The notes beneath the pieces are model-generated. The model searched no databases. It saw nothing but the letters and a program-made list of their open reading frames with translations, and was not told the origin of the DNA. Shown in pieces: positions 54,149 to 57,045 of a stretch of DNA of 57,045 nt (position 1 is the stretch's first letter; each line of letters opens with the position of its first letter). Source of the stretch: a virus (Duplodnaviria > Heunggongvirae > Uroviricota > Caudoviricetes); IMG/VR virus record IMGVR_UViG_3300012983_000003, positions 64,001 through 121,045 of that record; one strand, given 5' to 3'. Both the position numbers and the translations under genes were made by a program.

Positions 54149-54226
54149 GATTTACAACTTTTAATACCGATTTACAACCAAATAGGTTGTAAACTTTTTC
54201 AGAAACCCTTTATTTATGCGGGTTTC
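54149..54226. repeat. Cluster of TTTACAAC repeats and palindromes downstream of the tyrosine recombinase
   Basis: GATTTACAAC at 54149 and 54169; palindrome TTTACAACC-N5-GGTTGTAAA 54171-54193; GAAACCC-N11-GGGTTTC 54202-54226. Confidence 0.7.
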
Positions 54227-54295
54227 GGGCATCGTCCTTAAAAGACAAAAACCATCTTGAATATAATATAAAGAAGCATTGTGTGAGCCCATAAA

Positions 54296-55108
54296 TTAAC
54301 CTACCAAATCATCATATTCCTCGATGGAACTATCAACGAGGTATGAATGGTTCTCGCTACCAAGATTGAGTTTACGGTACGCCTCTTGTATCTCTTCGCT
54401 CGTAATACCGATATAATCCAGAGTCTGAGCCGGAGAAGAATGGTTCATCATCTTTTGTAAGAGCATCAACTTACGCGTATCATTATTGGACATCAACATC
54501 TGATGGTAACAGAATGTCTTTCGTAATGTGTGAGTCGATACCTTGACATTGATACTGAGTTCATCAGCGATACCCTTGAGAATTCTGTCAATAGATTTAA
54601 TACTCAACGGTTCATTCAAACTACCACCGTGGTTGGATACACTACGGAACATATAATCACTCAATCGTACATTCGGCGTATTCTCCAGATAGAGAGTTAC
54701 TGCTTCAACGACTGCGGTGTTGATGGTGATATGGCGGTTCTTCTTTCTCTTACGAGTATTACGAGTCTTCTTCTCAAAGATTGGGAAACTATCCTTAAAG
54801 GTGAGATTTTCATTTATAAGGTTGGAGAACCGCAACATTCGTAAATCACTCACTCGGAGTCCAAAGTTAATACCAACTATGAAAAGCATATTATCTCTGT
54901 ATCTCTTATGAGCAATGAGGTATTTTGAAATCGCTGTAATATCATCCATACTTTTAATAGGTTCAGCAGCGTGTTCGGGAGCAAGCTCACAATGTGTATC
55001 TTCTACAGCCGGAGCAATGAGACCTGCTTTGAGCTTACGGTCATTTCTTCGTAAAGCAGACACATCGATAATGTTGCTTCTGGAATAATCAAGCTTTAAA
55101 ATTGGCAT
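54296..55108 (-). CDS. Tyrosine recombinase (catalytic domain only)
   Basis: GLRVSDL, KT, HTLRKTF, HSS...T..YIG. Confidence 0.92.
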   Translation of the reverse strand: MPILKLDYSRSNIIDVSALRRNDRKLKAGLIAPAVEDTHCELAPEHAAEPIKSMDDITAISKYLIAHKRYRDNMLFIVGINFGLRVSDLRMLRFSNLINENLTFKDSFPIFEKKTRNTRKRKKNRHITINTAVVEAVTLYLENTPNVRLSDYMFRSVSNHGGSLNEPLSIKSIDRILKGIADELSINVKVSTHTLRKTFCYHQMLMSNNDTRKLMLLQKMMNHSSPAQTLDYIGITSEEIQEAYRKLNLGSENHSYLVDSSIEEYDDLVG

Positions 55109-55123
55109 ACAAACAATCCTTTC

Positions 55124-55188
55124 ATAGATTATATAATTATCTTGAATAGAGTAAAAATAAAACCTGAAAACAGATTATATAATTATCT
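55124..55188. promoter_or_regulatory. Operator-like motif copies B and C
   Basis: 22-bp copy 55124-55145 and 17-bp core AGATTATATAATTATCT at 55172-55188, between the promoter and the recombinase start. Confidence 0.7.
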
Positions 55189-55202
55189 CAACTTACACTA
55201 TA

Positions 55203-55230
55203 ATTATACCATATAAACCTATGCTGTCAA
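55203..55230 (-). promoter_or_regulatory. Consensus sigma-A promoter driving the recombinase/Tpt1/helicase/RNAP operon
   Basis: TTGACA - 16 bp - TATAAT with extended TGn. Confidence 0.8.
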
Positions 55231-55520
55231 GGTAGTTTTAGGAAAAAAGTTGAAATATTTTTTAAAAATTTTGTTCTATGTCAAAGTCCGGTTACTATGG
55301 GATTTTGGAGATGAAACATTGAAAAATCATACTACCTTGACAAACTGAAAACATCGGTGGTTATCGAGGAATTAAGCGAACAAAAGTAGGAAAATTGGGG
55401 GTTGAGGGAAAGTTTAAAAACGGAGCTGGGAGATGAAGCGACTTCCACTGTATCACACACACCACCGCCACAAAATACCATAACCACCGCCCCTATGTCA
55501 AATAGTGTGAAAAAAGGACA

Positions 55521-55549
55521 TTGACACAACCTTATTTTGTGAGTACCTT
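55521..55549 (+). promoter_or_regulatory. Possible upstream sigma-A promoter
   Basis: TTGACA - 17 bp - TACCTT, overlapping the 19-bp motif at 55537-55555. Confidence 0.4.
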
Positions 55550-55592
55550 TGCGGTATGAAACAAAGATTTTATGAAAAGTGAAAAAATTATC

Positions 55593-55621
55593 TTGACAAT
55601 GCTTTTTGTATGTGGTATATT
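55593..55621 (+). promoter_or_regulatory. Sigma-A promoter for the sigma-like gene (divergent from the RNAP operon)
   Basis: TTGACA - 17 bp - TATATT with extended TGn. Confidence 0.75.
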
Positions 55622-55722
55622 ATTAGTGCGGTATGATACACCGCCCTATTAAATATCGGTTATTGTTGCAACCGAAACACAAGGCAACAAGCGGTTACAA
55701 CCACCGCCAAAAAGGAGACACT

Positions 55723-56838
55723 ATGAAAGCAAACACAACCACACAAGCAACCACACAAGCAACCGACACCAAAGCAACCTTTACAACCCTTATGTTAGAG
55801 TACATAAGACAAGCAAACCCAAGCACACGCACAAGCGAAAAGGACTACACAAAAGCATTGACCGACCTTGCAACCGCCGTTGCATATAGTGTACTTAAAA
55901 AGTGCATAGAGACAAGCCAAAACCAAGCATTGATACAAGTTAAAAGGGACATAGCAAGGGACACCGCCCTTTTGAATAATATCAAGTATGCACAAGATAA
56001 TGCCTATGAGTACAGATACAACAAAGACGGCGAAAGAGTGCTTGTTATCAAGGACAAAGACCTACACACCGCCCTTGACAAGATGTGTGCCGAAACAATG
56101 GGCGAAGGCATTGACCTTGTACACGAAGCCGTTATATCACTTATGACCGAGTACGAAAAGGCAACCCAAAGAACCCTTTACACCCTTTACGACCAAAACG
56201 ACAAAGAGATTTACAGCGGTTACGAAAGACCGCAAAACATACCCGAAAGCATAACCAAAAGCACATATCTTGACAATGATTATTACATTGAGATTATGAC
56301 AATGAATAATCATATTCAATGGTTAGAGAAACCCTACACCATAAGACAGTTAAAGCGTAAAGTATGGATTAAGGTTGAAGACAGTAAAAACGGATGGGAG
56401 ACCACCACCACCACACCCATACAACAAGTATATAAAGCAGTACGCCGAGCAATAGAGCAGTCAAGAGCAGTGCAAACGGATGCACGAAACGGCTACACAT
56501 ATCTTGAAGACCTTGCAAGAGATGAAGAAACCGACACCGAGCAAGTTATATACCGCCGTTTGCCCAAGTATGCCGACTTAGGCGGTAATGTTACCGACTT
56601 TAACGGCAAAGAGACCGCCTACACCGCCGACACCCAAACAGTACAAGACATAGACACACTTATTGAAAAACTGAATTTATCAAAGCAACAAGCCAAGATT
56701 TTACAGTTAAGGTTAAGCGGTTACGGGGTTAGGGCAATAGCCACATATTGCGGTGTAAAGCCCTGTAATATCAATACACAATTATACCGCATACAAGATA
56801 AATGCAAGGCAATAGGACTTGTACCGCAAACCAAATAA
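55723..56838 (+). CDS. ECF/sigma-70-like protein with large insertions and a C-terminal HTH
   Basis: DLVHEAVISL and VYKAVRRAI resemble sigma region 2; LSKQQAKILQLRLSGYGVRAIATYCGV...TQLYRI resembles region 4. ATG 55723 follows AAGGAG; the track start 55633 has no SD. Confidence 0.55.
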   Translation: MKANTTTQATTQATDTKATFTTLMLEYIRQANPSTRTSEKDYTKALTDLATAVAYSVLKKCIETSQNQALIQVKRDIARDTALLNNIKYAQDNAYEYRYNKDGERVLVIKDKDLHTALDKMCAETMGEGIDLVHEAVISLMTEYEKATQRTLYTLYDQNDKEIYSGYERPQNIPESITKSTYLDNDYYIEIMTMNNHIQWLEKPYTIRQLKRKVWIKVEDSKNGWETTTTTPIQQVYKAVRRAIEQSRAVQTDARNGYTYLEDLARDEETDTEQVIYRRLPKYADLGGNVTDFNGKETAYTADTQTVQDIDTLIEKLNLSKQQAKILQLRLSGYGVRAIATYCGVKPCNINTQLYRIQDKCKAIGLVPQTK

Positions 56839-56856
56839 ACGAAAGCACAAAGAGAG

Positions 56857-56887
56857 ACCGCCGACAAAATCGGCGGTTTTTCTTTTT
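56857..56887 (+). terminator. Rho-independent terminator
   Basis: ACCGCCGA-CAAAA-TCGGCGGT followed by TTTTCTTTTT. Confidence 0.85.
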
Positions 56888-56922
56888 GGATAGACCGCAC
56901 ACCCAAACCGCAAAGCACACCC

Positions 56923-57045
56923 GCAACCGCCACACCGCACCGCAAACAAGGGCTTGTGAGTACCTTTGCGGTTAAGGGTGTAAGGCAACCGCCACACCGC
57001 ACCGCAAACAAGGGCTTGTGAGTACCTTTGCGGTTAAGGGTGTAA
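56923..57045. repeat. Perfect 62-bp tandem repeat, truncated by the window end
   Basis: 56923-56984 repeated at 56985-57045 (61 bp visible); includes TTGTGAGTACCTTTGCGGT, also found at 55537-55555. Confidence 0.9.

Larger units (their letters stand above)
1..57045. mobile_element. Segment of a large temperate siphophage, SPbeta-like organisation, probable Clostridia-type host
   Basis: Contiguous terminase-portal-head-tail-TMP-baseplate-lysis modules, serine integrase, YonO-like RNA polymerase followed by phosphoesterase, HU and terminase as in SPbeta. No host housekeeping genes. Host assignment is inference. Confidence 0.93.

Noticed and set aside
3414-55108. A second VR target for the DGR
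   Set aside because: I found no other copy of the TR constant segments or another WLRSP...VCP-type C-terminus in the window. Targets outside the window cannot be excluded.
1186-57011. Many 60-170-aa antisense or alternate-frame ORFs in the track (e.g. 5245-5745, 10150-10683, 20860-21318, 27950-28417, 32431-32907, 38524-38973)
   Set aside because: They lie opposite or inside well-supported genes, lack SDs and have no recognisable motifs.
56923-57045. CRISPR array
   Set aside because: Units are directly adjacent 62-mers with no unique spacers, and no cas genes are present.

Overview
The whole window is phage DNA: about 57 kb of a large temperate siphovirus whose gene order and content resemble the Bacillus SPbeta-like lineage. 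The host is probably a Clostridia-type Firmicute, inferred from the SD sequences, sigma-A-type promoters and protein families. No host genes are present, and a candidate attP sits just downstream of the serine integrase, so this looks like the non-integrated form. Left end (+ strand): hypothetical gene, dUTPase, small ORF, large serine recombinase. A long minus-strand block follows (3.4-55.1 kb). Read in transcription order it encodes: tyrosine recombinase, Tpt1/KptA RNA 2'-phosphotransferase, helicase-like ATPase, a YonO-like single-polypeptide RNA polymerase (DFDGD), a secreted/membrane gene pair, phosphoesterase, second tyrosine recombinase, HU, terminase, portal, head, tail, tape measure, a nonsense-split GIY-YIG homing endonuclease, baseplate and a ~2550-aa receptor-binding protein. 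After that come a complete diversity-generating retroelement (DGR) and the lysis genes. The DGR template repeat (TR, 9242-9347) and variable repeat (VR, 10334-10439) differ at 21 of 106 positions, all at template adenines. Its Avd accessory protein is an unusual tandem double domain. The diversified protein also carries an apparently intact CotH-like kinase domain, LRR and B-repeat modules, and a lectin-like domain nested inside the DGR-target fold. Other points of note: a beta-clamp motif on the dUTPase, probable ATA start codons on the RNA polymerase and two other genes, a 22-bp operator-like repeat shared by the RNA polymerase and recombinase genes, and an ACCGC-saturated right end with an ECF-sigma-like gene. 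All family assignments come from motif recognition by eye; no database searches were run.
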